Shown: piece by piece, positions 17,949 through 28,810 of the stretch
Numbering within the stretch: the first letter of the stretch is position 1
Layout of the letters: the number at the start of each line of letters is the position of its first letter
Source of the DNA: Nitrososphaerota archaeon
GTDB taxonomy: Archaea; Thermoproteota; Nitrososphaeria_A; Caldarchaeales; Calditenuaceae
Direction: 5' to 3'
Length of the DNA stretch: 64,000 nucleotides
Assembly (NCBI GenBank): GCA_033581555.1
Contig: JAVQSZ010000001.1
Location: 64,001-128,000 of the forward strand
Notes under the pieces: generated by a model
The model's database searches: none
What the model was told of the DNA's origin: nothing
Seen by the model: the letters and a program-made list of their open reading frames with translations, nothing else
Position numbers and translations under genes: made by a program

Positions 17949-20138
17949 TCAGGCCTCCTCGATATAGTCCTCGATCGTCGGGAGCTTCAGCGGCATCCCC
18001 TTCCTCTTCCTGATCTCCGTGATGACCCTCTCGAAGAGCGAGGCCGGCACGGGGCGCCAGGCGGCGAACTCCATCCCCCAGAAGGCCTTCCCCATCGTAG
18101 CGGCCCTCATCTGGTCCGCGAGGTCTCCGGCCTCGGCAGCGGGTATCTCGCCGATCACGGTCGTGACGTACTCGGTCTGGACGACGTTCGCGATCCTGCC
18201 GCGCCTCGACGAGATGATCGAGGTCACCGCGCCCATGAAGTCCTGGGGGACCTTCACGTCGATCCTCATTATCGGCTCCAGCAGCGTCGGCTCCGCGGTC
18301 AGCATGCTGGCGTAGATGGACCTCCAGGTCGCGGGCGCTATCTGGGCGAGGCCCCTGTGGACCGGGTCCTCGTGGAGGTCGACGTTGACCAGGACAACCT
18401 TGAGGCCCCTGACCTTCTCGCCAGCTAATGGCCCCTCCTGCACGACCCTCTGGAACCCGCTCAGGATGTAGGCCTTCGTCTCGTGGAGGTACTGGGCGCC
18501 CTTGGTCATGTCGACGAAGACGTTCCCGTTCGGGTCGATCGACCAGACGCCCCTCGCCTCGTCCGAGTCCCACCCGTGGTCCCTCAGGATCTTCGCGATC
18601 GTCCTCCTGTCCATCTCCTCGAAGAGCTCTCCCCTCCTGATCAGCTCTACGATCTCGTCCTCGAGCTTCTCGACGTAGATGTAGATCTTGTTGTGCTTGT
18701 TAGGCGACTTGCCCTCGAAGACCTTCCCGCGCTTCAGCACCGACTCCCTGTAGAGGATGATCGGCTTTCCGGCGACCACCTCCAGGCCGGCCTTCTGGAT
18801 CCAGGTCAGGGCGATCTCGAGGTGGAGGGTCCCCATCCCGCTGATCAGGTATTCCCCGGTCTCGGGGCGTATCGTCGTGACGAGGGTCGGGTCCTCGATC
18901 GTGAGCTTGTTCAGGAACTCGACGAGCTTAGGGAGGTCCCTGCTGTGCTTCGGCTCTATCGCGACCGTCACCACCGGGTCCGAGACGTACTTCAGCGACT
19001 CGAACGGAACCATATCGATCGTCGAGATCGTGTCCCCGGCCCTCGCGTCCTCTATCCCGAGGAGCGCCGGTATGTTGCCCGCGGGGAGCTCGTTGACTAT
19101 CTCCCTGTTCGGGCCCATGTAGACGGTGACCTGCTGAACCCTCGACTCGATGTTCCTCCCCACCAGCTTAACGACGTCACCGTCCTTGATCGTACCACTG
19201 AAGAGCCTGCCCGTCGCCACCACTCCGGCTTGCGGGTCGACCTTGACGTCCGTGACGATCATGACTGGAATTCCCGAATCGCTGCACTCGATCATGTCCT
19301 TCCCGACCTCGGACTCGATGTCGCCCTTCCAGATCTTCGGGATCCTGTAGCGCTGCGCGACGTTCGGCGACGGGTGGTTCCTCACGACCATCTCGAGCAC
19401 GGCCTCGTGAAGGGGCAGGTTTTCCCTCAGCCAGTCCATGTTCCCCTCGTTGAAGGCCTTGACGATGTCGCTGAACTTGATCCCCTTCCTCTGGGCCTGC
19501 TGGAGCGTAAAGCCCCACCGGTCCTTCGAGCTGCCCATCGCGACCGTCCCGGCCTGGAAGCTGACCTTCCAAGCGTCCCTGTACTGAGGCTCCGCGTACA
19601 TCTCGATCAGCCTGTTGACCTCCAGCACGATCCTGCTGATAATCTCCTGTATCTTGTCTGGAGTCAGCCTCAGCTCCTTGATCAATCGGTCGATCTTGTT
19701 GATGTAGAGGACCGGCCTCACCCTCTCCGCGAGGGCCTGCCTGATGACCGTCTCGGTCTGGGTCATCACGCCCTCCACCGAGTCGACGACCACGATCGCA
19801 CCGTCGATCGCCCTCAGGGCCCTCGTGACCCTCCCCGAGAAGTCGACGTGACCCGGTGTGTCTATCAGGTTGATCACGTAGGGCTTCCCGTCCATCTCGT
19901 AGTAGAGCGAGATGTTCGCGGCCTTGATCGTCATCTGCCTCTGCTGTTCCTCCTCGAGGTAGTCGAGGGCCAGCGCCCTCCCCGCGAGCGCCGGAGAGAG
20001 GAGGCCCGCCGCCGCCAGCAGCGAGTCGGTCGTCGTGGTCTTCCCGTGGTCGACGTGGGCTATGATCCCTATGTTCCTGATCTGCTCCTTGTTCCGCAGT
20101 ATCTCCTTTACCTCCGAGATCTTCTTCACCCTAGGCAT
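17949..20138 (-). CDS. fusA: Translation elongation factor EF-2
   Basis: AHVDHGKTT, DTPGHVDF, NKID, HEDPVHRG diphthamide loop; ATG 20138 preferred as start. Confidence 0.98.
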   Translation of the reverse strand: MPRVKKISEVKEILRNKEQIRNIGIIAHVDHGKTTTTDSLLAAAGLLSPALAGRALALDYLEEEQQRQMTIKAANISLYYEMDGKPYVINLIDTPGHVDFSGRVTRALRAIDGAIVVVDSVEGVMTQTETVIRQALAERVRPVLYINKIDRLIKELRLTPDKIQEIISRIVLEVNRLIEMYAEPQYRDAWKVSFQAGTVAMGSSKDRWGFTLQQAQRKGIKFSDIVKAFNEGNMDWLRENLPLHEAVLEMVVRNHPSPNVAQRYRIPKIWKGDIESEVGKDMIECSDSGIPVMIVTDVKVDPQAGVVATGRLFSGTIKDGDVVKLVGRNIESRVQQVTVYMGPNREIVNELPAGNIPALLGIEDARAGDTISTIDMVPFESLKYVSDPVVTVAIEPKHSRDLPKLVEFLNKLTIEDPTLVTTIRPETGEYLISGMGTLHLEIALTWIQKAGLEVVAGKPIILYRESVLKRGKVFEGKSPNKHNKIYIYVEKLEDEIVELIRRGELFEEMDRRTIAKILRDHGWDSDEARGVWSIDPNGNVFVDMTKGAQYLHETKAYILSGFQRVVQEGPLAGEKVRGLKVVLVNVDLHEDPVHRGLAQIAPATWRSIYASMLTAEPTLLEPIMRIDVKVPQDFMGAVTSIISSRRGRIANVVQTEYVTTVIGEIPAAEAGDLADQMRAATMGKAFWGMEFAAWRPVPASLFERVITEIRKRKGMPLKLPTIEDYIEEA

Positions 20139-20248
20139 CCCGCACCGCCGATCCTCCGCCCCGCTCACTTAAAAACTGAAGGACGAAAGGCGTCACGAGG
20201 GCTTCGCGCTCCTCTCTTCGGGAAGATCCACTTTGCCACCATGCCATA

Positions 20249-20323
20249 TAGCGGGGGGTGGATTTGAACCACCGATCTCCGGGTTATGAGCCCGGCGGGT
20301 TAACCTGGCTACCCTACCCCGCT
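20249..20323 (-). tRNA. Initiator tRNA-Met(CAT)
   Basis: Reverse complement AGCGGGGTAGGGTAGCCAGG...CCGGGCTCATAACCCGG...GGTTCAAATCC...CCCCGCTA; A1-U72 pair and three G-C pairs in the anticodon stem. Confidence 0.96.
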
Positions 20324-20455
20324 ACCGATATACTCTCGTGCCCGCAATTTAAACTTCGCAAACTGCGCCATAAGGACCACGCGGTAGAGAAGGCGAAGCG
20401 ATGCGCTCAGGCCGGCGAGGATCCCCGGCCCCGACCTCTACACCGGAGACCTAAC

Positions 20456-20734
20456 TCAGATCTCGAACTTCTCCTCCTCGACCTCTCCGCCGGGCTTGTT
20501 GAGGCGCTCGACGGCCCACACGATCTCCTCGAGCCGCTTGTCGTTGATCAGCCTCCTGAACGTCTCCAGCTCCGGGACCGTCCTGATTATCAGACCTCTC
20601 CTCTTCTTCGGGAGGCCGTACTCGTCGACCGGGTTGATCTCGACGATCAGCGCTGCGGGCTTCCTCTTCCCCGCAGGCGTCCAGATGACGAACGCTCGAC
20701 CACACAGATCGCGATAAGTTCGCCGCGGCGTCAC
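20456..20734 (-). CDS. Small hypothetical protein (VEINPVDEYGLPKKRRGLIIR motif)
   Basis: Host-like codon usage in the C-terminal two thirds; N-terminus uncertain. Confidence 0.6.
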   Translation of the reverse strand: MTPRRTYRDLCGRAFVIWTPAGKRKPAALIVEINPVDEYGLPKKRRGLIIRTVPELETFRRLINDKRLEEIVWAVERLNKPGGEVEEEKFEI

Positions 20735-21207
20735 CAGATCCGGTCCCGCATTCTATTGGGACGATAAATAACATAAAACTGAGCGAGCGGACCTCTTCGT
20801 GTCGACGAGCGCTGAACGCGCTCGGGCCTATGAACGCCCTCCGCCCCTGCTCAGCGAGAACTGAGTCGACTGTCGGCAGCACGCCCCGCCCCTTGAAGGG
20901 CGACCCACGGACGCTCAATACGCCCCTCCGAGTCCGCGAACTTCGCTAAACGGATGTCCAGTGCTGTTATGTCATTTGCTAAGTCGCATGGGTGCTTATT
21001 ATCTAATGATCACAGCATACTCGCCTTTACCGATTCAAATGTACGCCATTATAGAACTCTTCACGATTTGTGTCCACAGACTTAACGCACCGGGCTTGAT
21101 CGCAGGCCGGTGATATGAATAGGCAAGGTTAATATAATAGCAGCAGACGGGGGCGCGGCAGCGATGCTAAAGGACGGACAGAAGCCGCGAGGGGGTGTCC
21201 ATAAGCC

Positions 21208-22512
21208 GTGAAGGAGGCGGTATCGGTGTCGGAAGGACGGGCGGTCGTAGCGAGCTACCTGAGACTTCCTAAGAGGGAGGCGATCGAGTTCTGGAACGAC
21301 GATCGTATAACGCATATTAGAGCTTTGGCGACAACTGGAAAGCCTCAGTTCGTTTGGGACCCTTGCAAAGAGGGGTCGCGGAGGGTCTTGGACAGGGTGA
21401 AGTTCAGGGCGGAGCTCGAGGACCGCGGGGACCAGGTGGACGCGACGGAGCCCGGAGACGGATTCGACGTCTCAGTGGAGATCGGATACGGGAGGATCTG
21501 GATGGCGGCTCCCCTCTACCTCGGGGACATGTCGTTCGGCGCGCTGAGCGGCGTCCCTAACGTCGCGCTCGCGAGGGCTGCGGACGAGACCTACACCCTC
21601 TGCGGGATCGGGGAGGGAGGAGTCCACCCCGATGTCGGGAGGTGCAGGAGGATCTTCGTCCAGTGGGCCTCGGCGAGGTTCGGGCTGGACCTGGGAGCGC
21701 TCAGGCTCGGGATGGGAACGGTCATCAAGATCGGGCAGGGAGCGAAGCCGGGGATAGGTGGGCACCTGCCAGGGACCAAGGTCGTAGAGGTCATCTCGAG
21801 GACTAGGAGGATCCCGGTCGGGGTCGACGCGATATCACCGGCGCCGCACCACGACATTTACTCGATCGAGGACCTGGAGCAGAGGATCTGGGCCCTGAAG
21901 GAGGCTACGGGCAAGCCGGTCTTCGTGAAGGTCGCCGCGACCAATTACGTCCCCTATGTCGCCGCCGGCGTCGCGAGGATGGGCGCCGACGGGATCATCA
22001 TCGACGGCCACGGCGCAGGGACCGGCGCGGCTCCATGGGTCGTGAGGGACAACGTCGGCATACCGATTGAGCTCGCGGTCTCCTCAGTGGATAGGATGCT
22101 GAGGAGGGAGGGCATGAGGGAAGGCTTCACGGTCATCGCGGCGGGGAGGGTCAGCAGCGCCGAGGACACTGCGAAGCTGATGGCGCTCGGGGCCGACTGC
22201 GTCTCCATAGCCACCGCGGCGCTCATCGCGATGGGGTGCGTCATGGTCCACAAGTGCCACTTGGGCTTCTGCCCCGCAGTCCTGACCAACAGGATAGAGG
22301 ACGACCCGAGGAAGGTGCTCTCGCTTGAGACGGCGACGAGGTGGGTCGTGAACCTGATCAAGGGGTGGTCGGCTGAGCTGAAGCTGATCCTCGAGAGGAT
22401 CGGCGTGAACAGCGTCAGGGAGCTCGTCGGGAGGAGGGACCTGCTGGTCGCTGACGGCGTCTCTGAGGACTCGAGGAGGGCGATGGGCCTCGAGGGGCGA
22501 GGTCTGGACTAA
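21208..22512 (+). CDS. gltB2: Glutamate synthase FMN-binding domain (archaeal GltB2), N-terminal part
   Basis: [60 protein letters not shown]. Confidence 0.93.
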   Translation: MKEAVSVSEGRAVVASYLRLPKREAIEFWNDDRITHIRALATTGKPQFVWDPCKEGSRRVLDRVKFRAELEDRGDQVDATEPGDGFDVSVEIGYGRIWMAAPLYLGDMSFGALSGVPNVALARAADETYTLCGIGEGGVHPDVGRCRRIFVQWASARFGLDLGALRLGMGTVIKIGQGAKPGIGGHLPGTKVVEVISRTRRIPVGVDAISPAPHHDIYSIEDLEQRIWALKEATGKPVFVKVAATNYVPYVAAGVARMGADGIIIDGHGAGTGAAPWVVRDNVGIPIELAVSSVDRMLRREGMREGFTVIAAGRVSSAEDTAKLMALGADCVSIATAALIAMGCVMVHKCHLGFCPAVLTNRIEDDPRKVLSLETATRWVVNLIKGWSAELKLILERIGVNSVRELVGRRDLLVADGVSEDSRRAMGLEGRGLD

Positions 22513-23515
22513 GGAGCTCGCGTCGAGGCTCAGGCAGCTCTCCGGAGCCGAAGGCAAGTTGGCAGGCGAGCCCCCGATCGTCAGCATGGGGTCGACCGCG
22601 CCGCCCTCGGTCGACGAGCCTAGATTCATCCTCGACCGCATCGTCTCAGACGGCGCCCAGGTTACCAGGCCCAGCATAGACCCTTACAGGGAACCTGTCG
22701 AGACGCACCTCTACCTCTTCGCGGGATCGGTGAGGCTCTCGATGCCCGTCGCGGTCGGAGGCCTCGCGGAGCTGACCTTCAAGGAGGCCGCCGAGGTCGT
22801 GAAGGCCTGTTATAGGATGGGCGTCCTCGTCGACCTCCACGGTCTTAGGGAGATCCCTGTCGAGGCAGTCAGGAGGGGGACCCACGTCCTGGCTCCGCAC
22901 GACGCGGTCAACTCGGGAGAGTTCAACGCGGTCCAAATGACCGTCAGGAGCCCCGGAGCCCTGAACGAGGTCGCCGGCGCACTACCCTTTGAGAGGAAGT
23001 CGGTGGTGGCAAGGGTTCCGCCCCTGGAGGACTCTGAGTTCTACAGGAGCGTCTGCGCTGCCGGCTTCAACGGGATAATCGTCGACGAGGAGATCGGGCA
23101 CCGGGATGCGGTGGAGCTCGAGATCGCCACGTCGGCATGCGACAGGGCCCTGAAGGTCCCTGGGCCCGACGGCCTCCCCCTTAGGAACCGCGTGAACCTC
23201 ATGGCCTCCTCGGAGAGGATCAGGTCCTCAGCCGACGCGTTCAAGTTGATCGGGCTGGGAGCGGAAGTCGTCGTGTTCACGAGGAGCTGGAAAGTCGCGG
23301 TCGACTACGGCCCCGGGATGGAAGAGTCCCTGCTCGCGGAGAGGCTCGAGTACTTCTTGACTGGCGTCCAGAGGGAGCTCAAGCTGCTGGCCGGCGCCGC
23401 GGGGGTTAGCTCGCTCTGGTCCTCGCTGACCGGGTCCAGGGAGCTCTTCAGGTCGATCGAGCTCGAGAGGCCCGTCAGGTTGAAGCTGGGGGTGAAGTCC
23501 GCGGGTGAGTGGTGA
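22505..23515 (+). CDS. Second, degenerate glutamate synthase FMN-like domain; probably the frameshifted continuation of the preceding gene
   Basis: [34 protein letters not shown]. The frame is open upstream of TTG 22559 ([14 protein letters not shown]...) with no upstream start codon. Confidence 0.75.
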   Translation, partial: WTKELASRLRQLSGAEGKLAGEPPIVSMGSTAPPSVDEPRFILDRIVSDGAQVTRPSIDPYREPVETHLYLFAGSVRLSMPVAVGGLAELTFKEAAEVVKACYRMGVLVDLHGLREIPVEAVRRGTHVLAPHDAVNSGEFNAVQMTVRSPGALNEVAGALPFERKSVVARVPPLEDSEFYRSVCAAGFNGIIVDEEIGHRDAVELEIATSACDRALKVPGPDGLPLRNRVNLMASSERIRSSADAFKLIGLGAEVVVFTRSWKVAVDYGPGMEESLLAERLEYFLTGVQRELKLLAGAAGVSSLWSSLTGSRELFRSIELERPVRLKLGVKSAGEW

Positions 23516-25589
23516 ACCCCTCGACCTTACCCACGTGAAGTCCGGGTGCGGCGTCTTCGGCGTCCTGAAGAAGAGGGGAGCCCCGCCGATCGGCCCGGAG
23601 GTCGCGTTGACCGGGATAGAGTGCGTCAGGTACAGGGGGAGCAGGTTCGGTGCGGGCTTCGGGCTGGTCAGGCTGGACCAGCGCAGGAGGAGGGTCAAGG
23701 CCTTCGCGGCGTCGAAGGAGGTCGCAGAGGAGCTGAAGGAGGAGCTCCTGAGGAGGGTCGGCAATGTCGAGTCGATCGGGCCGGAATACGCCTTCGACGG
23801 CAAGGTCTACACGTCCTACGTCTTCGAGCTAGTCGACGAGCCCGGAGAGAGGCAGCTGAGGAGGGCCGTCAACGAGGTCAACCGGGCCTTCTCGAAGCCG
23901 AACCTGAGGGCGAGGGTCTACTCCTGGGGGAGGCACGTCGAGGTCTTCAAGGGCGTCGGGTACCCCTCCGACGTCTACGAGCTCTACTCGCTGGGAGAGC
24001 GGATCGATGCCGCCGACGTCTGGCTATCTCACACGAGACAGCCGACGAACTCCCCGGGCAGGCTCCCGATCTGGTCCCACCCGTTCTCCTCCGGGGAGTG
24101 GGCGATAGTCCACAACGGCGACGTCAGCTCCTTCGGCGCTAACATGGAGTTCCTCTCGGCGCTCGGCGTCGAAAGCTTCGTCGGGACTGACAGCGAGGTC
24201 ATCGCGCTCCTGCTCGACTACCTCACTTCGGAGCTCGGGCTCGGGCTCGAGGACGCCTGCAGGGCCCTCGTGAACCCCTTCGAGTCATCGGGGGACGGGC
24301 TGTCGGGTAGGCTCCTCAGCGCGCTCAGGGGCTCCCAGCTCGACGGCCCCTTCTCGATCGTCGCGGGGTTCTCCGACGGCACCGATGCCTACATGGTCGT
24401 GCTCGTGGACCGGTTCAAGTTCAGGCCGCTGGTGGTGGGCGAGGACGAGCATTACGTTTACGCGGCGAGCGAGGAGGCCCAGATCAGGACGGTCTCCCCC
24501 GACGCGAGGGTCTGGACGATCGAGCCTGGAGGGTACATGATCGCCTCGACCAGCAAAGGCGTGATCAGGCACGGGAGGAGGGCCGTGGAGCTCTTCACGA
24601 GGTTCAGCGCGACCTTAAGGCCTCCGAGCCCCTCGGGGGTAGTGATAGACGCGCGCGGGCTCAGCTACCCCAAGATCAACGCGACTCTGAGGGAGCTCGC
24701 GGCACGGGGGCACCCGGAGGCGAGCCTGCTCAACGTCTCCGGCCAGAGGTACATCGGAGTGGGCGTCGACAGGCCGATCAGGGTCAAGGTCTACGGGACG
24801 CCTGGCAACTGCCTCGCGAACCTCAACGACTGCGTCGACTTCGAGGTCTTCGGGTCCGTGCAGGACGACGTCGCGGACGTGATGCACGGCGGGAGCGTCG
24901 TGGTCCACGGCGACGCGAGGGACGTTCTGGGTCAGGCGCTGCAGGGCGGGCACGTCTTCGTCAGGGGCAACGCGGGGAACAGGTGCGGGATCCAGATGAG
25001 GGAGTACGCGCACAAGAGGCCGTACCTAGTGGTCGGTGGCAGGGTCGACGATTACCTCGGCGAGTACATGGCCGGAGGCGTCGCCGTGGTCCTCGGTCTG
25101 GGCTACGTCGAGAGCGGGATCGTCCCGGTCGGCAGGTTCGTCGGCTCCGGGATGGTCGGCGGCAGGATACTGGTCAGGGGGGTGGTCCCCAGGGACAGGA
25201 TCGGCTACCTCCCGCCGAGGGAGGACGTCCTTCAGTACCTCAGGGGCCTCGCGCTCGATGGCGACCTAAACCATGAGACGTACAGGAGGCTCGCCTCGGA
25301 GCCGCACCTAGACTACGACTCACTGAGGGCGGTCCTTCCGCAGGACCTCCTCAGGAGGGTCGCGAAGCTCTTCGAGCACAAATACTTCCGGAGGCTAAAG
25401 GTGGAGCGGGTCTCCCTCTACGACGAGGGGTTCGCGGACGTCGAGTCGGTCCTGGTGGAGTTCGCGAAAAAGCTCTCGATCGAGCGCGAGGTCAGCGCGG
25501 CTCTCGAGGATGACTTCACGCTCATCGAGCCGCACCGCGACGCAAGGTCCGTGACTCCGAGGGCCGAGACGCCGAAGGAGGAGGGATGA
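23505..25589 (+). CDS. Glutamate synthase amidotransferase (GltB1) + GXGXG (GltB3) fusion
   Basis: SGCGVFG, HTRQPTNS, HPF, VHNG, TDSE; GQRYIG, GNAGNRCG, YLGEYMAGG. Confidence 0.92.
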   Translation: MSGEPLDLTHVKSGCGVFGVLKKRGAPPIGPEVALTGIECVRYRGSRFGAGFGLVRLDQRRRRVKAFAASKEVAEELKEELLRRVGNVESIGPEYAFDGKVYTSYVFELVDEPGERQLRRAVNEVNRAFSKPNLRARVYSWGRHVEVFKGVGYPSDVYELYSLGERIDAADVWLSHTRQPTNSPGRLPIWSHPFSSGEWAIVHNGDVSSFGANMEFLSALGVESFVGTDSEVIALLLDYLTSELGLGLEDACRALVNPFESSGDGLSGRLLSALRGSQLDGPFSIVAGFSDGTDAYMVVLVDRFKFRPLVVGEDEHYVYAASEEAQIRTVSPDARVWTIEPGGYMIASTSKGVIRHGRRAVELFTRFSATLRPPSPSGVVIDARGLSYPKINATLRELAARGHPEASLLNVSGQRYIGVGVDRPIRVKVYGTPGNCLANLNDCVDFEVFGSVQDDVADVMHGGSVVVHGDARDVLGQALQGGHVFVRGNAGNRCGIQMREYAHKRPYLVVGGRVDDYLGEYMAGGVAVVLGLGYVESGIVPVGRFVGSGMVGGRILVRGVVPRDRIGYLPPREDVLQYLRGLALDGDLNHETYRRLASEPHLDYDSLRAVLPQDLLRRVAKLFEHKYFRRLKVERVSLYDEGFADVESVLVEFAKKLSIEREVSAALEDDFTLIEPHRDARSVTPRAETPKEEG

Positions 25590-25687
25590 CCCGCAAGCTC
25601 TCCACGTAGTACCTCGAAGCTTCGCAGGACTTGGCCGAAATCGGCGAGTCATCAACGGCTAAATGCGGACCTTCTGGACGTCACGCC

Positions 25688-25930
25688 GTGAACGGGGCCA
25701 GGCTCGGACTGGTGCTCTCGCTTGCGGGGATCGCACTCTCACTGGGGCCCGTGCTCTCTGGAGCGATGCTCTTCCACGCCGGACTCCACGGCCTCTACGA
25801 GCTCCTGATAGTCGGGAACGCCTCAACGCTGCAGGTCCCCCTATCACTGTTCCTCTCGCTGCTCGCGGCCCCCCTGACGCTAGTCGGGCTCCGGGAGTTC
25901 AGGAAGGGTGTTCGGGAGAACGGGGGCTAG
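25688..25930 (+). CDS. Small two-TM membrane protein
   Basis: Two hydrophobic segments after GTG 25688. Confidence 0.55.
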   Translation: MNGARLGLVLSLAGIALSLGPVLSGAMLFHAGLHGLYELLIVGNASTLQVPLSLFLSLLAAPLTLVGLREFRKGVRENGG

Positions 25931-27048
25931 GCCTCTCTGGCCAACTCGACGGCCCTCCTCGCGGCCTCCTCCATTGACCTGAAGTACTCGTACCCGTTCT
26001 CCTTCAAGATCCTCTGGCCCTCCTCCTCCCGCGTCCCGACGAGCCTCACGACCAGCTTCACGTCCCTCCCCGACGACTTGAGGGCCCTCACCAGACCCGT
26101 CGCGACCTCGTCGCAGCGCGTTATCCCTCCCAGCACGTTGACGAAGACGACCTTCACCGACTCCTTCGAGAGGAGCAGGCTCACAGCGCTCTCGACCCTC
26201 TTCGCGTCCGCGCCTCCCCCGATGTCGAGGAAGTTCGCTGGACGACCGCCGTAGTGCTTGACGAGGTCCATCGTGGCCATCGTGAGACCGGCGCCGTTGC
26301 AGATTACCCCGATGTTCCCGTCGAGCTCGACGTAGCTGAACCCCAGCTCCCTCGCGACCTCCTCCAGGTCCCTCTCCCTCTCGAACTTCAGGCCGTTGAC
26401 CCGGGCGAAGTTGTCGTCGACGATGACCTTCGCGTCCAGGGCGAGGAGCCTGCCGTCCTCGGTGACGGCCAAGGGGTTGATCTCCGCCAGCTCGCATCCG
26501 TAATCCGCGTAGAGCGAGTAGAGGCCCCTCAGCGTCCTCGAGAGATCGCCGGCGAGCTCGCCCGGGACACCTAGGAATGAGTGGACCTTCCTCACGTGGT
26601 AGTCCCTGATCCCTACGAGCGGGCTGAGCGTCAGCCTCAGTATTCTGTCTGGATGGGTCGCTGCGATCTCCTCGATGTCGACGCCGCCCATCGGCGAGGC
26701 GAGGAGGACGTGGCCCCTGTTTGTCCTGTCGACCGTCAGCGAGAGGTAAAGCTCCCTCGAGACCCTCACCAGCTCCGCGACCAGCAGCCTCCTGACGGCC
26801 TCGCCCCTGATCCGCATCGAGAGGAGCTCCCTCGCGACCGCCTCGGCCTCCTCCGGCGACCTCACCGCCCTTATCCCGCCCGCCTTCCCCCTACCGCCGA
26901 CTAGGACCTGCGCCTTGAGGACCGCCTGGCCGCCCAACCGCTCGACCGCCCTCCTAGCCTCCTCGGGCGTCGACGCGAGGAAGGACTTCGGTGCAGGGAT
27001 GTTGTACCTGTTGAAGAGCTCGACCGCCTCGTGCTCGTAAAGCTTCAT
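25927..27048 (-). CDS. sucC: Succinyl-CoA synthetase beta subunit
   Basis: MKLYEHEA, KAQVLVGGRGKAGG, EINPL, NGAGLTMATMD, ANFLDIGGGA, GGITRCD. Confidence 0.96.
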   Translation of the reverse strand: MKLYEHEAVELFNRYNIPAPKSFLASTPEEARRAVERLGGQAVLKAQVLVGGRGKAGGIRAVRSPEEAEAVARELLSMRIRGEAVRRLLVAELVRVSRELYLSLTVDRTNRGHVLLASPMGGVDIEEIAATHPDRILRLTLSPLVGIRDYHVRKVHSFLGVPGELAGDLSRTLRGLYSLYADYGCELAEINPLAVTEDGRLLALDAKVIVDDNFARVNGLKFERERDLEEVARELGFSYVELDGNIGVICNGAGLTMATMDLVKHYGGRPANFLDIGGGADAKRVESAVSLLLSKESVKVVFVNVLGGITRCDEVATGLVRALKSSGRDVKLVVRLVGTREEEGQRILKENGYEYFRSMEEAARRAVELAREA

Positions 27049-27149
27049 TCACGGTCCCGCGCCAGCCTCGGTTAATAACTATACGCGCCGTCGGCCCAAC
27101 CTCGTCGTTCTTGTGCGATCCTTAAAGCCGGGGACGGCTACGTCGGGAC

Positions 27150-27929
27150 GTGGTAGAGGTCCACGTCTGCGTGAAGGAGAGCGTGGACGTCTCTAGCCTC
27201 GAGCACGACCCGAGGACCTTGAGCCCGCTGCTGGAGAAGGCGCAGAGGAAGGTGGGAGACTTCGAGATGAACGCCCTCGAGGAGGCGGTGAGGATCAAGG
27301 AGAGGCACGGCGGCGTCGTGAAGATCCTTTCGGTGGGGCCGGCGGTCCAGACGATCACGCTGAGGGAGGCGCTAGCGATCGGGGCCGACGAGGCCTACGT
27401 CGTCTCGTCGCCGGAGCTGAGGGACGCTGACCCGTGGGTCCTCGCGAACGTGCTGGCAGCGCTCTCTAAGAGGGCTGGGAAGGCAGACGTGATCGTATGC
27501 GGAGAGGCCTCGGTCGACGAGAGCAATTACCAGGTTGGCCCTAGGATCGCCGAGGAGCTCGGTATCCCCTCGCTGACCCACGTCTCGAGGCTAGAGATCA
27601 GCGACGGTAAGGCGATCGCTCAGAGATCACTGGAGGACGGGATCGAAGTGGTGGAGGTCCGGCTCCCGGCAGTCTTCACCGTCGGCCTCGAGATCAACAC
27701 GCCCAGGCTCCCGAGCCTCTTGATGATACGGGCCTCAGCGAAGAAGCCTATCCATCAGGTCCAGCTCCACGAGCTCGGGCTCCCACGCGAGAAGCTCACG
27801 CCGAAGGTGAAAACGACGTCCGTCAAGGTGATGAGGACCGAGAGGAAGAGGGTAGTCCTAGAGGGGAAGCCGGACGAGGTCGCGGAGAAGCTGATCGCGA
27901 GCCTCAGGAGCGATGGCGTCCTCAGGTGA
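27150..27929 (+). CDS. etfB: Electron transfer flavoprotein beta subunit
   Basis: NALEEAVRIKE, ALAIGADEA, QVGPRIAEELG, INTPRLPS. Confidence 0.93.
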   Translation: MVEVHVCVKESVDVSSLEHDPRTLSPLLEKAQRKVGDFEMNALEEAVRIKERHGGVVKILSVGPAVQTITLREALAIGADEAYVVSSPELRDADPWVLANVLAALSKRAGKADVIVCGEASVDESNYQVGPRIAEELGIPSLTHVSRLEISDGKAIAQRSLEDGIEVVEVRLPAVFTVGLEINTPRLPSLLMIRASAKKPIHQVQLHELGLPREKLTPKVKTTSVKVMRTERKRVVLEGKPDEVAEKLIASLRSDGVLR

Positions 27930-28044
27930 GCTCAGGCCTCTTCGTGGCCCTGAGGTACTCGTAGACGACGTAGAGTACCATGCCCAGCGCGAAGGAGAGG
28001 AAGGCGTAGCCGTAGAACGCGTCGAACATCTGCTCCCAGGTCAT
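27922..28044 (-). CDS. 40-aa single-TM small protein (below ORF-track cutoff)
   Basis: Manual translation MTWEQMFDAFYGYAFLSFALGMVLYVVYEYLRATKRPELT*; strongly host-like codons; GGGGAG upstream. Confidence 0.6.
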   Translation of the reverse strand: MTWEQMFDAFYGYAFLSFALGMVLYVVYEYLRATKRPELT

Positions 28045-28169
28045 CGGGCTCTCCCCTGAGCGCCCACTTATCACCGTATCCTCGACAGTTTCCCCAAACG
28101 GCGGAGTTCTCGAGTCCGGTTAACATGGTCAGGCTGATATCATCGACGGGACGGTCGGCGGCCAAAGGG

Positions 28170-28784
28170 ATGGAGCTCGAGGTGGAGACGCTCGTCGTCG
28201 GACCCTTGAGCACCAACTGCTACGTCGTCTCTAGCGGAGGGGAGGCACTGATCGTGGACCCCGGCTGGGACGCGGAGAGGGTCTTGAGGGCAGTGAGCGG
28301 GATGAAGGTGGTGGGTATAGTCGCGACCCATGGACACTTCGACCACGTCGGCGCTGTAGAGGAGCTGAAGAGGAGGCTCGGCGTCGAGTTCGTGATCCAC
28401 CGGCTCGACGAGGGACTGCTCGACGTCGCGGTCAACCACGGCGAGAGGTTCGGGTTGAGGTTCGAGAGGCCCAGGCCTGACAGGTTCATCGAGGAGGGCG
28501 AGAGGATCGAGTTGGGAGGCGTAGAGATCGAGGTGATCCACACTCCGGGCCACAGCCCCGGGAGCGTCTGCCTCCGCGGGGCGTTCACTCTCTTCAGCGG
28601 CGACACGCTCTTCATGGGGTCGGTCGGGAGGACGGACATTTTCGGCGGGAGCTTCGAGCAGCTCGAGCGGTCGATCAGGGACAAGCTCTACGTCCTCGAC
28701 GACGCGACCGTCGTCTACCCGGGCCATGGTCCCGCGACGACGATCGGGTTCGAGAAGCGCCACAACCCATTCGTGAGGCCCTGA
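28170..28784 (+). CDS. MBL-fold metallo-hydrolase (glyoxalase II-like)
   Basis: THGHFDHVG, HTPGHSPGS, SGDTLF, PGHG. Confidence 0.95.
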   Translation: MELEVETLVVGPLSTNCYVVSSGGEALIVDPGWDAERVLRAVSGMKVVGIVATHGHFDHVGAVEELKRRLGVEFVIHRLDEGLLDVAVNHGERFGLRFERPRPDRFIEEGERIELGGVEIEVIHTPGHSPGSVCLRGAFTLFSGDTLFMGSVGRTDIFGGSFEQLERSIRDKLYVLDDATVVYPGHGPATTIGFEKRHNPFVRP

Positions 28785-28810
28785 GGCAATACTTTTAGCG
28801 CAGACGTGAA

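Noticed and set aside
18483-20267. 594-aa ORF antisense to EF-2
   Set aside because: Mirror-frame artefact of a highly biased conserved gene
21163-21210. 15-codon ORF overlapping the gltB2 start as a leader peptide
   Set aside because: No Glu/Gln enrichment or attenuator structure seen; likely chance
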